A stretch of 64,000 nucleotides of DNA, from NCBI GenBank assembly GCA_902623255.1, contig CACNSY010000006.1:21566-85565 (forward strand). The letters are read 5' to 3'. The stretch is from an uncultured Alphaproteobacteria bacterium (GTDB lineage: Bacteria; Pseudomonadota; Alphaproteobacteria; HIMB59; GCA-002718135). The notes under the pieces are model-generated. The model was given only the letters and a program-made list of their open reading frames with translations. It ran no database searches and had not been told where the DNA came from. Positions 9,190 through 19,782 of the stretch are shown piece after piece; the first letter of the stretch is position 1; every line of letters starts with the position of its first letter. Position numbers and translations under genes: made by a program.

Positions 9190-10349
9190 ATAAACCTAAT
9201 ACTAAACCTAATAATCCAAATTTTTCAAGTGGACCAACTTCAAAAAGACCAGGCTGGGACATATCTGTTTTGAGTAATGCTTTAATTGGCAGATCTCACA
9301 GATCTGTTGAATGTAAAGCAAGATTAAAAGAAGCAATAGATAAATCTAAAGATATTCTTAAATTACCTGATGATTATTTATTGGGTATAATGCCTGGGTC
9401 AAATACTGGTGCTTTAGAAGCTGCTATGTGGTGCCTATTAGGTAAAACGGGAGTCGATATTCTTGCATGGGAAAATTTTGGTAAAGATTGGGTAATCGAT
9501 GCAATCAGCGAATTAAAATTAGATAATTTAAATATTCATGAAGAAGATTATGGGAAACTACCTGACCTAAGCAAAGTCAATTTTGATAATGACGTTATTT
9601 TTACTTGGAATGGAACAACATCTGGCGTCAAAGTTCCAAATGGAGATTGGATACCTGATGACAGAAAAGGCCTAACCATTTGTGATGCTACTTCGGCAAT
9701 CTTTGGTATGCCTATAGATTATAATAAATGCGATGTTATAACTTGGTCTTGGCAAAAAATACTTGGAGGAGAGGCTGCTCATGGAATGATAGCAATTTCT
9801 CCACGCGTTGTTGATAGATTAGAAAGTTTTACACCTAGTTGGCCAGTACCAAAATTATTTAGATTAGCTGAAAACCAAAAATTGATAAAAGGTATTTTTG
9901 AAGGAAACACAATTAATACACCTTCAATGATATGCGTTGAGGATATTATTGATTCTTTAAACTGGGTTTCTTCTCAAGGAGGTTTAAATTCGTTAATCTC
10001 CAAATCTCAGAACTCTTTACAAAAAATTCGAGAATGGATTAATGAGAGAGATTGGGTGACATTTTTATCTGAAATTGAAGATGAGAATTATATTTCAAAT
10101 ACTGGAATAACTTTTAAAATTATTGAAGATTGGTTTACTAATAAAGATGAAAGTGATCAAAGAGCTGTAATGGCCGATATTTGCAAGTTACTTTCTGAAA
10201 ATAATGTTGGATTTGATTGTAATGGATATCCCAAAGCACCACCCTCTTTTAGAATATGGGCTGGAGGAACTGTTCAAACTTCAGATGTAGAATTAGTTTT
10301 ACCTTGGATTGATTGGGCTTATTCAGAAATTAAATCAAAACATGCCTAG
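9186..10349 (+). CDS. serC: Phosphoserine aminotransferase (Methanosarcina/alphaproteobacterial type)
   Basis: PNFSSGP, GRSHRS, FTWNGTTSGV, DATSA, SWQK (PLP lysine), TINTPSM, RIWAG. Confidence 0.92.
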   Translation: MNKPNTKPNNPNFSSGPTSKRPGWDISVLSNALIGRSHRSVECKARLKEAIDKSKDILKLPDDYLLGIMPGSNTGALEAAMWCLLGKTGVDILAWENFGKDWVIDAISELKLDNLNIHEEDYGKLPDLSKVNFDNDVIFTWNGTTSGVKVPNGDWIPDDRKGLTICDATSAIFGMPIDYNKCDVITWSWQKILGGEAAHGMIAISPRVVDRLESFTPSWPVPKLFRLAENQKLIKGIFEGNTINTPSMICVEDIIDSLNWVSSQGGLNSLISKSQNSLQKIREWINERDWVTFLSEIEDENYISNTGITFKIIEDWFTNKDESDQRAVMADICKLLSENNVGFDCNGYPKAPPSFRIWAGGTVQTSDVELVLPWIDWAYSEIKSKHA

Positions 10350-11280
10350 AGTACTAATATCAGATCCACTAGATAGTATCGCATCTGAAATTTTAACAAA
10401 GAATAATATTTCAGTTGATACTAAAACAAACTTATCTCCCGAAGAATTAAAAAAAATAATTGATAATTATGATGGTTTAATCATTCGTTCAGCAACTAAA
10501 GTGCGAAAAGACACAATTGATTCTCTTTCAAATTTAAAAATTATAGGTAGAGCAGGAGCAGGAGTAGATAATGTTGATGTGGAGGCTGCTAAAAATAAAA
10601 ATATTATTGTAATGAATACTCCAGGAGGCAATACAAATGCTACAGCAGAACATACAATTGGTTTAATTTTTGCATTGCAAAGAAAAATTACTGTTGCCAA
10701 TGAGACAACTCATAAGGGTCTTTGGGAAAAAAAGAAATTAAAGGGAAATGAAATTAAAGGTAAAAAAATTGGTATCGTAGGTTTTGGTAATGTAGGCAAA
10801 AGAGTTGCAGAAATATCTAATGTATTGGGAATGAAAGTTTCAATATTTTCTACATATTTTGAAACAATTAAGGATAGATTTTCTGAATATAATTCTTGTT
10901 CTATCGATGAGATTATTAAAGATTCAGATATAATTTCATTTCACTGTAAACCCAGTAAAGATGGTAACCCCATTATGAATAAAAATCATTTATCACTAAT
11001 GAAAAAAAATTGTATCATTATCAATACTGCTAGAGGTAACTTAGTTGATGAAGATGATCTTAAAAATGCTCTAGAAAAAAAAGAAATTCAAGGCGCTGCA
11101 TTAGATGTTTTTAAAAATGAGCCTTTGGAAGAAAGTGGGTTTTATAATTTAGATAATATAATTTTAACTCCACATATTGCTGCTTCTACTGATGAAGCAC
11201 AAATAGTTGTAGCAGAAATGGTCGCTAATCAATTTGTTGAATTTTTTAATAATAAAAAAATAATAAATTCAGTTACTTAA
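10342..11280 (+). CDS. serA: D-3-phosphoglycerate dehydrogenase (short form, no ACT domain)
   Basis: IRSATKV, GRAGAGVDNVD, NTPGGN, GFGNVG, INTARG, ALDVF, TPHIAAST. ATG at 10342 overlaps the serC end; the protein ends before any regulatory domain. Confidence 0.85.
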   Translation: MPRVLISDPLDSIASEILTKNNISVDTKTNLSPEELKKIIDNYDGLIIRSATKVRKDTIDSLSNLKIIGRAGAGVDNVDVEAAKNKNIIVMNTPGGNTNATAEHTIGLIFALQRKITVANETTHKGLWEKKKLKGNEIKGKKIGIVGFGNVGKRVAEISNVLGMKVSIFSTYFETIKDRFSEYNSCSIDEIIKDSDIISFHCKPSKDGNPIMNKNHLSLMKKNCIIINTARGNLVDEDDLKNALEKKEIQGAALDVFKNEPLEESGFYNLDNIILTPHIAASTDEAQIVVAEMVANQFVEFFNNKKIINSVT

Positions 11281-13132
11281 TAAAAATTTCTGTTAAATTT
11301 TCTAAGTAAGCGGATGGATTTGAGAGAATGTTACCATCTAATATATTAGCTTGATCTAAAATTAAATTTGAAGCTTTTTTATGGTCAATTTTTGTTAAAT
11401 TTTGTGATAAATTTATAATCATCGGATGGTTAGGATTAATTTCAAGTATCTTTTTCGAAACAGGAGTTTTTTGATTATGCATTTTCATCAGTTTTTCCAT
11501 ATTTATATCCATACCAGCTTCTTCAGCAACAAGCAGAATTGGGCTTTTGGTTAATCTCTTAGATACAATAACATCAGATATTGTCTCTTTAAGCTCTGTT
11601 TTAAGTATGTTGATTAAATCATTGATTTTACTATCTACTTCTTTTTTATCTTCGTCTTTCTTACTTGATTTTTCACCAACTTTTGAAACATCAACCTTAC
11701 CTTTGGTTATTGATTTAAATTCTAAATCTTTAAATTTATTTACATTTTGTATCCAAAACTCATCTACTGCATCAACCATAAACAAAACTGGTATCTTTTT
11801 ATCAGTGAAAACTTCTAATTGAGGGGAGTTTTTAATATGATCCTTATCAGTATTAGCAAAATAATAAATTTCTTTTTGATCTTTAGCCATTAATTTAGTG
11901 TACTCTTCAAGAGATATTTTTTTATCATTTAAAGAATTTTCAAATCTCAATAGCGGTAGGATTTTTTCATGATGATCATTATGTTCGTATAACCCTTCTT
12001 TTAGAACAGGACCAAAATTATTCCAAAATGTCTCAAATTTATCCTTTTCTTTCTTAGCCAAGCTATCAATTTCACTTAAAATTTTATTTGTAATACCTTT
12101 TTTTATTTTTGTAATAATAGGATTATTTTGAAGCATTTCTCTACTTATATTGAGAGAAATATCTTGTGAGTCGACTACTCCTGGAATAAAACGTAACCAA
12201 TTAGGAATTATGTCTTCACAATCATCAGTGATAAAAACTTTTTGAACATATAATTTTATTTTATTTTTCCTATCAGCATTGAATAAATCCATAGGTTGAT
12301 TTGTAGGAAAATAAAGTAAAGCCTTATAACTAATTACACCCTCAGCGTTATAATGGATAGTTTTTAAGGGATCATCAAAGTTAAATGAAATATTATTATA
12401 AAATTGCTTATAGTCTTCCTCTTTTATATCTTTTTTATCTTTTAGCCATAATGGACTACCTTCATTTATTTTTTCTTCTTTTTCTTTATCATCAAGGTCC
12501 TTAAGATAAATTGGAAAAGGAATATAATTTGAGTATTTTGTTATAATTGATCTTAAACGAAATGAATCCAAAAATTCATCAGCATCTTTCTTGATATTTA
12601 GAGTGATACAAGTGCCTCTTTTATCTTTTTTGGCTTCTTCAATAGTATAATTTTCTTTTCCATTAGATGACCAAAGATTTGTTTCTTCATTTTCTGCATC
12701 TTTAGAAAGCACTTCAACATTATCTGCAACCATATATGAGGAATAAAAACCAACACCAAACTGTCCAATTGCAGAAATATCGTTGCTTTTTTTATTTTTC
12801 ATTGCTTCAATAAATTTACTAGTACCTGACCTCGCTATAGTTCCTAAATTATCAATAAGTTCATTTTTTGACATTCCAATTCCATTATCTTCAATTTCAA
12901 TAATTTTTTTCTTTTTTGAAACTCTGATATTAATTTTTAAATCCTTTTCATCTTTCAAAAGATTTTTTTTGGAAAGTGATTGATATCTTAATTTTTCGCA
13001 GGCATCAGCTGAATTTGATATTAGTTCTCTTAGAAATATTTCCCTTTCACTATAAAGGGAATTAGCAACAAGATCTAAAAGCTTACTGACTTCAGCTTGA
13101 AATGTTAAATTTTCTTTAGTTTTTTCTGCCAT
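11273..13132 (-). CDS. htpG: Chaperone HtpG (Hsp90)
   Basis: FQAEV, FLRELISNSADA, DNGIGM, NLGTIARSGT, IGQFGVGFYS, LNISREMLQ. Confidence 0.97.
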   Translation of the reverse strand: MAEKTKENLTFQAEVSKLLDLVANSLYSEREIFLRELISNSADACEKLRYQSLSKKNLLKDEKDLKINIRVSKKKKIIEIEDNGIGMSKNELIDNLGTIARSGTSKFIEAMKNKKSNDISAIGQFGVGFYSSYMVADNVEVLSKDAENEETNLWSSNGKENYTIEEAKKDKRGTCITLNIKKDADEFLDSFRLRSIITKYSNYIPFPIYLKDLDDKEKEEKINEGSPLWLKDKKDIKEEDYKQFYNNISFNFDDPLKTIHYNAEGVISYKALLYFPTNQPMDLFNADRKNKIKLYVQKVFITDDCEDIIPNWLRFIPGVVDSQDISLNISREMLQNNPIITKIKKGITNKILSEIDSLAKKEKDKFETFWNNFGPVLKEGLYEHNDHHEKILPLLRFENSLNDKKISLEEYTKLMAKDQKEIYYFANTDKDHIKNSPQLEVFTDKKIPVLFMVDAVDEFWIQNVNKFKDLEFKSITKGKVDVSKVGEKSSKKDEDKKEVDSKINDLINILKTELKETISDVIVSKRLTKSPILLVAEEAGMDINMEKLMKMHNQKTPVSKKILEINPNHPMIINLSQNLTKIDHKKASNLILDQANILDGNILSNPSAYLENLTEIFIK

Positions 13133-13215
13133 TTTTGAAATTTAAGCATTCATATCTATAATTCAATAGTAAGCAATAATTTTTTGCCACATTTAAGACT
13201 ATATAAGTAAAAGTT

Positions 13216-13848
13216 ATGGTATTTAGGTTCATAATGAAATTTGATAATTTTTTTAAATTATTGTGCATTACATTGTTATTTTTATATGCATGCACCTCAA
13301 ATCAGTTAACAAATACTGCTGATAGTTGCATAATTTTTGATGAAAAGAAAAGCTGGTATAAAGCAACTAAAAATTCTTATGATAAATGGAATACCCCAAT
13401 TGCATTCCAATTAGCAGTTATAAAACAAGAATCATCTTTTACTCAATTTGCAAAACCGAAAAGAAAAAAATTTTTAGGTTTAATACCAACCTCTAGACCA
13501 TCAACTGCTTTTGGTTATGCACAAATAACAAATCCCACTTGGGATTGGTATAAGAATAAAACTGGAAATCAAAATGCATCAAGGGCGAACTTTAAAGATG
13601 TAACCGATTTTATTGGCTGGTACACAACTCAGTCCGAAAATATGATTGGAATTTCAAAAAATGATTACTATAATCAATATTTAGCATACCATGAAGGTCA
13701 AAACGGATGGTCGAAAGAGACATTTAAAAGTAAAGATTGGTTGATTGATGTTGCTAAAAATGTAGAAAGAAATACTAAGATGTTTAATAAACAACTAAAA
13801 CAATGTGAAGAAAAACTAAATAAAAAAGGTTTCTTCGGAATACTATAA
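13216..13848 (+). CDS. Transglycosylase SLT-domain lipoprotein
   Basis: Lipobox-like LYAC, catalytic-type QESSF, AFGYAQ, YLAYHEG. Confidence 0.75.
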   Translation: MVFRFIMKFDNFFKLLCITLLFLYACTSNQLTNTADSCIIFDEKKSWYKATKNSYDKWNTPIAFQLAVIKQESSFTQFAKPKRKKFLGLIPTSRPSTAFGYAQITNPTWDWYKNKTGNQNASRANFKDVTDFIGWYTTQSENMIGISKNDYYNQYLAYHEGQNGWSKETFKSKDWLIDVAKNVERNTKMFNKQLKQCEEKLNKKGFFGIL

Positions 13849-15026
13849 TGCCAATTTTAAATAGTATAAATCAAATGCAAGATCAGATGACAGAATGGCG
13901 TCAGGATTTACATAAAATTCCTGAGATAGGCCTCCAAGAATTTGAAACATCAAAATATATCAAAAATAAGTTAAGTGAATTTAATATTAAATTTAAAGAT
14001 GGTTACGCTAATACAGGTGTTGTTGCTTGGGTAGATGGTAATGAAGTTACTAATGATAAGACAATTGGTTTAAGAGCAGATTTTGACGCTCTTCCTATGC
14101 CAGAACAAAACGAATTTAATCATAAATCACAAAATAAAGGTATGATGCATGGTTGTGGTCACGATGGTCATACCACAATGCTTCTTGGAGCAGCGAAATA
14201 TCTAAGTGAAAATAATAATTTTAATGGAAGAGTATATTTCATTTTTCAACCAGGAGAAGAAGGTTTTGCTGGAGGAGAAAAAATGATTCAAGATGGTATG
14301 TTTGATGATTTTAAAATTGATGAAGTATATGCACTCCATAATTGGCCTGAGTTACCTTTAGGTACGTTTGGTGTAAATAGTGGACCAATGATGGCAGCAG
14401 TTGATGAATTTGATATTACTGTAAAAGGAAAGGGCGGTCATGCTGCATCACCTCATCTAGCAATTGATCCTGTTGTAATTTCTGCACAAGTTATTTCTGC
14501 TGTTCAAACAATTATAAGTAGATCCACAGATCCTGTTGATAAAGCTCTTATAAGTATTACAAAAATTAATGCTGGTACAGCGTATAATGTAATTGATGAT
14601 CAGGTTAAAATGGGTGGGACTATAAGAACTTTTAGAAGAGAAACACGAGCATATATAGAAAAAAGATTAAATGAATTATGTAAAGGTATAGCCGATGCAC
14701 ATGGTGCAGAAATAAAAATTGAGTTTGATTTAGTAAATAAATATCCACCTACTATAAATTCTAAAGAAGAAACAAAATTTGCTGCAAATGTAGCTAAAGA
14801 TTTAGTCGGTGATGATAAAGTTATTACTGATATTGACCCGTCAATGGGAGGAGAAGATTTTTCATATTTGTTAGAAAAAAAACCTGGTTCCTATCTTTAT
14901 CTTGGTCAAGGAGATGCAGAACATAGCGCTCATCTACATACAACAAAGTATGATTTTAATGATAATTTATTACCCATTGGTGTAAATTTTTGGGTGGACC
15001 TTGTTCAAAAATACTTTTCTAAGTAA
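13848..15026 (+). CDS. M20D amidohydrolase (hippurate hydrolase-like)
   Basis: LRADFDAL, MHGCGHDGH, FQPGEEG, GGHAA, MGGEDF. Confidence 0.9.
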   Translation: MPILNSINQMQDQMTEWRQDLHKIPEIGLQEFETSKYIKNKLSEFNIKFKDGYANTGVVAWVDGNEVTNDKTIGLRADFDALPMPEQNEFNHKSQNKGMMHGCGHDGHTTMLLGAAKYLSENNNFNGRVYFIFQPGEEGFAGGEKMIQDGMFDDFKIDEVYALHNWPELPLGTFGVNSGPMMAAVDEFDITVKGKGGHAASPHLAIDPVVISAQVISAVQTIISRSTDPVDKALISITKINAGTAYNVIDDQVKMGGTIRTFRRETRAYIEKRLNELCKGIADAHGAEIKIEFDLVNKYPPTINSKEETKFAANVAKDLVGDDKVITDIDPSMGGEDFSYLLEKKPGSYLYLGQGDAEHSAHLHTTKYDFNDNLLPIGVNFWVDLVQKYFSK

Positions 15027-15035
15027 TCTTAATCG

Positions 15036-15797
15036 ATGTTAAATTTTAGTGCGATTTATTCAATAATCGCATTTAGAATAAAAGAATTTCTACAAGAATA
15101 TCATTATTCTTTATTAGCACCTTTAACTACAAATCTTTTATTTATATTAGTTTTTATAACAGTAGAAAATTATTACTCACTTTCTATGGATTCAGGTTCT
15201 TTCGTTGAATTTATTGCTCCCGGATTGATAATTATGATCGTAGCTCAGGAAAGTTACGATAATTCGTCTGCTACTTTAATTCATATGAAACAAATTGGAT
15301 CTTTAGATGATTGGTTAATGGCACCTATCTATAGGATTGAAATATTAATATCTTTAATATTCACATCTCTTATAATTGGAATTATTTTAGCACTGTTTAA
15401 TTTTTTTATATTTACTTTTTTAATAGATATTGAAATTTATAATTTTTTTTATTTTTTTTACTATCTATTTTTAGTTATAATATTTTTCTCATGTCTAGGA
15501 TGTTTCGTAGGAATAATTTTTAATTCTTGGGATTCACAAAGTACATTCTCGAGCTTTTTTGTTTCGCCTATTAATTTTTTATCAGGAACTTTTTTTTCAA
15601 TAAATTATCTTCCTGATAATTTGAAAGCTATACTTTTATATAATCCTTACTATTATGTTGTAAGCTTTTTTAGGAATTCATTTAATGATGAATTTTCATT
15701 TAATTTAGCTGAAAATATCTTTATAATACTGTTTATTTTATTAACTTTGATTATTACATCATTTATTTTTTTCAAAGGTTTTAAAATTATTAAATGA
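15036..15797 (+). CDS. ABC-2 type transporter permease
   Basis: FIAPGLIIM, PINFLSGTFF, NPYYY; six TM segments. Confidence 0.8.
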   Translation: MLNFSAIYSIIAFRIKEFLQEYHYSLLAPLTTNLLFILVFITVENYYSLSMDSGSFVEFIAPGLIIMIVAQESYDNSSATLIHMKQIGSLDDWLMAPIYRIEILISLIFTSLIIGIILALFNFFIFTFLIDIEIYNFFYFFYYLFLVIIFFSCLGCFVGIIFNSWDSQSTFSSFFVSPINFLSGTFFSINYLPDNLKAILLYNPYYYVVSFFRNSFNDEFSFNLAENIFIILFILLTLIITSFIFFKGFKIIK

Positions 15798-16387
15798 TTG
15801 ATGTTATTTTTAATTTTTTAATTCAATTTGATTTATTAATCAAAAATAATTTAGAATTATCTTTAATTTTATACTTTTTATTTTCATTTTTAGTTTTTAC
15901 CTTTTCTATACCCGGTAGTTTAATTATCATACTTGCATCAAGTTTCTTTTTTGGATTTGTAATAGGTTTTATAATCAATATAACTACTATTGTTTTAGGT
16001 AGTTTATGTTTCTTTCTTTTTTTTAAAAATATATTTAACAAATATTTTAATAAACAGGTTGAAAGATTTAGTTATAAACTAAATAAAGTTATTAAAAAAT
16101 CATCTCTTGAATACTTAATTTTATTAAGATTGATTTTTGGAGTACCATTATTTGTTCAAAATTTATTTTTATCAACATTGAATATTTCAAAAACTAAATT
16201 TGTAATATCTTCATTTATAGGTTTTTCTCCATATTTTCTTCTTATTTCATATATTGGCAATCAGTTTTCAAGTCTTATTGAAATCAAAGAATTTCAACTG
16301 AGCAATATCCTATCTTTTGAATTAATTTTAATTTTTTTAATATTAATTATTTTTTTATTATTTAGAATTTTTTTTAAATTTAAATAA
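15794..16387 (+). CDS. VTT/TVP38 (SNARE-associated, DedA-like) membrane protein
   Basis: IPG and LLRLIFGVP...N motifs with a hydrophobic profile. Confidence 0.7.
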   Translation: MIDVIFNFLIQFDLLIKNNLELSLILYFLFSFLVFTFSIPGSLIIILASSFFFGFVIGFIINITTIVLGSLCFFLFFKNIFNKYFNKQVERFSYKLNKVIKKSSLEYLILLRLIFGVPLFVQNLFLSTLNISKTKFVISSFIGFSPYFLLISYIGNQFSSLIEIKEFQLSNILSFELILIFLILIIFLLFRIFFKFK

Positions 16388-16763
16388 ATAGTTTTTTAAA
16401 TCTAATTGAAATATATAATAAGTAAATAGTAACAATTATTGCAGCATAAATAGTAATATCAATAATTATTAAATTATTTGCAGAAAACTCATTTGATATT
16501 CTTGAATATATTAAAGCTGAACTCTGTATTATGGATGTAATAATAATAACATTGAGTAATCTGATTGAGCCTTTTGTATTTAAGTAGATCATTAAAAGAC
16601 CAATAAATAAAAGACCTGTTATAGCTCCACCAAGATTTCTTAGCCATGCAATATTTGTTGTTTCAGCAACAGTTAAATTGACAAAACTATATGGAAAAAA
16701 CAAAAAATAAATTCCATAAATTAAAGAAAAAATTGATAAAAATAATATGCTTAATCTGATCAT
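16380..16763 (-). CDS. Hypothetical membrane protein (4 TM)
   Basis: 127-aa hydrophobic ORF with WLRNLGG; fills the gap. Confidence 0.65.
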   Translation of the reverse strand: MIRLSILFLSIFSLIYGIYFLFFPYSFVNLTVAETTNIAWLRNLGGAITGLLFIGLLMIYLNTKGSIRLLNVIIITSIIQSSALIYSRISNEFSANNLIIIDITIYAAIIVTIYLLYISIRFKKLFI

Positions 16764-16831
16764 CTACTAAAAACTATTTATTAAGATATAATTAGTATTG
16801 CAAATTAATTTTTACTAAATATAGAAAATAT

Positions 16832-17065
16832 ATGATCCGATTGTTAATAGTTTTAATTGTTATAGTAGTTATACTATTTATTTTGAGATCAAGAGCCAAA
16901 TCACAATATAATAATTATGGTAACTTTTATAGAAATTTAATTCTGATAGTCATAATTGGAGGTATAATCTTCTTCCTTGCAACAACTGGAAAATTCTTAA
17001 TACCACAGTTATTAAATCTTATTAAAGTTGGTTTACCATTCTTGACAAAATTAATAGGAATATAA
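16832..17065 (+). CDS. Small membrane protein, hypothetical
   Basis: 77 aa, two TM segments; stop overlaps the next start (TAATG). Confidence 0.65.
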   Translation: MIRLLIVLIVIVVILFILRSRAKSQYNNYGNFYRNLILIVIIGGIIFFLATTGKFLIPQLLNLIKVGLPFLTKLIGI

Positions 17066-17928
17066 TGAAATATTTTTCAACAAACGATCTACCCTTAAAC
17101 GATAAAATGATTAAATTTTGGAATGATAATGGATATTTGGTTATAGAAAATTTCAACACAGATAAAGAATGTGATGAATTAATGGAACGGTCATCATATC
17201 TTATCGAACATAATAATTTTAATAATCAAAAATCTATTTTTGATACAGTCAATCAAGCTCATAATGATGATAATTATTTTTTAGAATCAGGAGATAAAAT
17301 TCGTTTCTTCTTTGAAGAAAAAGCTAATTTAAATGATGATAACATAGAAGAAAATAAACATTTTATTGTAAATAAAATCGGTCACGCGTTGCACGACTTA
17401 GATAAAGTTTTTTATAAATTTTCTCATAAACAAAAACTTCAAGATATTGCTTTATCACTTGGTTTCTCAAAACCAAAATTACTTCAGTCTATGTATATTT
17501 TTAAACAACCTAAAATAGGTGGTGAAGTAGTTTGCCATCAAGATTCTACTTTTTTATATACTGAGCCAGAAAGTACTATCGGTTTCTGGTTTGCATTAGA
17601 AGATGCAAATAAAACAAACGGATGTTTACAAGTTGCAAGCGGAGGTCATAAAGGCCCATTAAGAAAACTTTTTAAAAAAGTAGACGGTAAAATGCAAATG
17701 ATAGATCTAAATGATGAGCCATTTCCTGAAACTGATACTTTTGTAGAAGTAAAAAAAGGATCACTTGTTTTATTACATGGTAGACTTCCTCATTATTCAT
17801 GTGAGAACACAAGTTTGAAATCAAGACATGCTTACACAATTCATGTAATTGATAATAACAACGAATATCCTGAATGGAATTGGTTACAAAGATCTTCAAT
17901 ACCTCTTAAAAGTTTTATTAATGACTAA
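17065..17928 (+). CDS. Phytanoyl-CoA dioxygenase family protein, PHYHD1-like Fe(II)/2-oxoglutarate dioxygenase
   Basis: YFLESGDKIRFFFE, NKIGHALH, QSMYIFKQP, HQD (HxD), NGCL, distal H in LPHYS, SRHAYT. Confidence 0.88.
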   Translation: MKYFSTNDLPLNDKMIKFWNDNGYLVIENFNTDKECDELMERSSYLIEHNNFNNQKSIFDTVNQAHNDDNYFLESGDKIRFFFEEKANLNDDNIEENKHFIVNKIGHALHDLDKVFYKFSHKQKLQDIALSLGFSKPKLLQSMYIFKQPKIGGEVVCHQDSTFLYTEPESTIGFWFALEDANKTNGCLQVASGGHKGPLRKLFKKVDGKMQMIDLNDEPFPETDTFVEVKKGSLVLLHGRLPHYSCENTSLKSRHAYTIHVIDNNNEYPEWNWLQRSSIPLKSFIND

Positions 17929-18865
17929 AAAAATAATTTTAGATTGTGATCCAGGTCATGATGATGCTGTAGCAATAATGTTAGCTGCTTCCTCTAAAGA
18001 GATTGACATACTGGGTATCACCTGTGTCGGTGGAAATAGTGGTTTAAATAATACAGTAAATAACGCTCTAAAAGTTTGTACGTTAATTGAAAGAACGGAC
18101 ATTAAAGTTTACTCTGGTGCAAATAAACCTATTCATTATGAATTATTTACAGCTGAATATGTTCATGGAAAAACCGGATTAGATAAAAAAGGTGATCCTA
18201 TAATAATAGATACAAATTATAAACCTCAAGAAAAACATGCAGTTGATTTCATAGTAGAAACTTGTAAATTTTCAACAGAGCAAATTTATTTATGTCCAAC
18301 AGGACCTCTTACAAATATTGCCTTAAGTTTAAAAAAAGATCCATCTATTAAAGAAAATATAAAAGAAATAGTTTTTATGGGTGGAGCTGCTATGTGCTTA
18401 GGAAATACTACACCATCAGCTGAATTTAATATTTATGTGGATCCACATGCGGCTAATATTGTTTTAGAATCAGGCATTCCTTTAACAATGATGGGTTTAG
18501 ATGTTACTCATCAGGTAAATGTAAATTCAAAAATTATCAAATCAATGAATGAAAATAAAAATAAAAGTTCTAAGTTTTTTGGAGAACTAATGGAATTTTA
18601 TACAATATTTCATAAAGAATTATACGAAACTGAGGAAACTCCTTTGCATGACCCATGTGTTATTGCATATTTATTAGATCCATCTATTTTTAGTGGAAAA
18701 GAAGTTAATGTCACAGTTGAAGAAAATTCTGAATTAACAAGAGGGGAGACTGTTGTTGATTGGCTAGGTGTTACTAAAAGACCAGTAAATTGTTTTGTGA
18801 TGAATGAAGCTAATGATGAAAAATTTTTTCAATTACTTAAAGCTAAATTATCGTTATTACCTTAA
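17921..18865 (+). CDS. Nucleoside hydrolase (IUNH/Rih family)
   Basis: DCDPGHDD, VHGKTGL, TGPLTNIA, AEFNIYVDPHAA, LHDP; true start ATG at 17921. Confidence 0.92.
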   Translation: MTKKIILDCDPGHDDAVAIMLAASSKEIDILGITCVGGNSGLNNTVNNALKVCTLIERTDIKVYSGANKPIHYELFTAEYVHGKTGLDKKGDPIIIDTNYKPQEKHAVDFIVETCKFSTEQIYLCPTGPLTNIALSLKKDPSIKENIKEIVFMGGAAMCLGNTTPSAEFNIYVDPHAANIVLESGIPLTMMGLDVTHQVNVNSKIIKSMNENKNKSSKFFGELMEFYTIFHKELYETEETPLHDPCVIAYLLDPSIFSGKEVNVTVEENSELTRGETVVDWLGVTKRPVNCFVMNEANDEKFFQLLKAKLSLLP

Positions 18866-19782
18866 CTATAAAAACTCTTTGCAATCTTTCCAGCTAAATT
18901 CGCATTATTAATTATTAGAGATACATTAGCATTTAGAGTTTCATTTTTTGATTGTTCGTTAATTTCTTTTATGAGAAACGGTGTTAATTCTTTTCCACTA
19001 ATATTATTTCTATCAGCTTTTATTGTTGCATTATTTATCCATTTTTCTACGTCATTTTTATTAAGTGCTTTTTCTAATGGAACTTTATTAAATATGAGAA
19101 TTGATTTTTTATTTCCCATATTTTCATTGAGTTTTAAAAAAGAAGAAATTTCATGAATTTCATCAAATTTATTATCGACTTTATATTCTGTTTCTTCATA
19201 CCAAAAACCAGGCATATAATTTGTTTGATAACCAATTCTTGTAATTCCTAAAGTTTCAAGAAGTTCATTTGTTTTACTTAAATCTAATATAGATTTAGCA
19301 CCACTACAGATTACAAAATTTGAATTCTCAGAAAGTGCATATAGATCTGCAGATACATCATTGGTATTTTCAGCATTTAGATGCACACCACCAATTCCTC
19401 CTGTTGCAAAAAATCTTATTTGAAATTTAGAAGCTATAGAAATTGTACTTGCTACTGTTGTAGCAGCATTTTCTTTATTAAATATTGATAAATTTATATT
19501 GTGGTTTGAAACTTTTTGTACATTTTTCTCTTTTGCTAATATTTGAATATCTTCTTCCGATAATCCTATTTTAACCTTACCTCTAATTATTCCTATTGTT
19601 GCAGCAATTGCACCGTTATCTTCAACAGCCTTTATAGACTCATTTGCGACTTTAATATTTTCTGGATAGGGCAATCCATGGCTAATCAATGTACTTTCTA
19701 AAGCTACTATTGGTTTTTTTCTATTTATTGCTTCTTGAACTTTTTTACTTATATCAAATATTTCATGCATATTATTGTACAA
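18862..19782 (-). CDS. psuG: Pseudouridine-5'-phosphate glycosidase
   Basis: VALESTLISHGLPYP, ATTVAST, TGGIGGVH, DVSADL, GAKSILD, GKELTPFL. Confidence 0.93.
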   Translation of the reverse strand: MYNNMHEIFDISKKVQEAINRKKPIVALESTLISHGLPYPENIKVANESIKAVEDNGAIAATIGIIRGKVKIGLSEEDIQILAKEKNVQKVSNHNINLSIFNKENAATTVASTISIASKFQIRFFATGGIGGVHLNAENTNDVSADLYALSENSNFVICSGAKSILDLSKTNELLETLGITRIGYQTNYMPGFWYEETEYKVDNKFDEIHEISSFLKLNENMGNKKSILIFNKVPLEKALNKNDVEKWINNATIKADRNNISGKELTPFLIKEINEQSKNETLNANVSLIINNANLAGKIAKSFYS

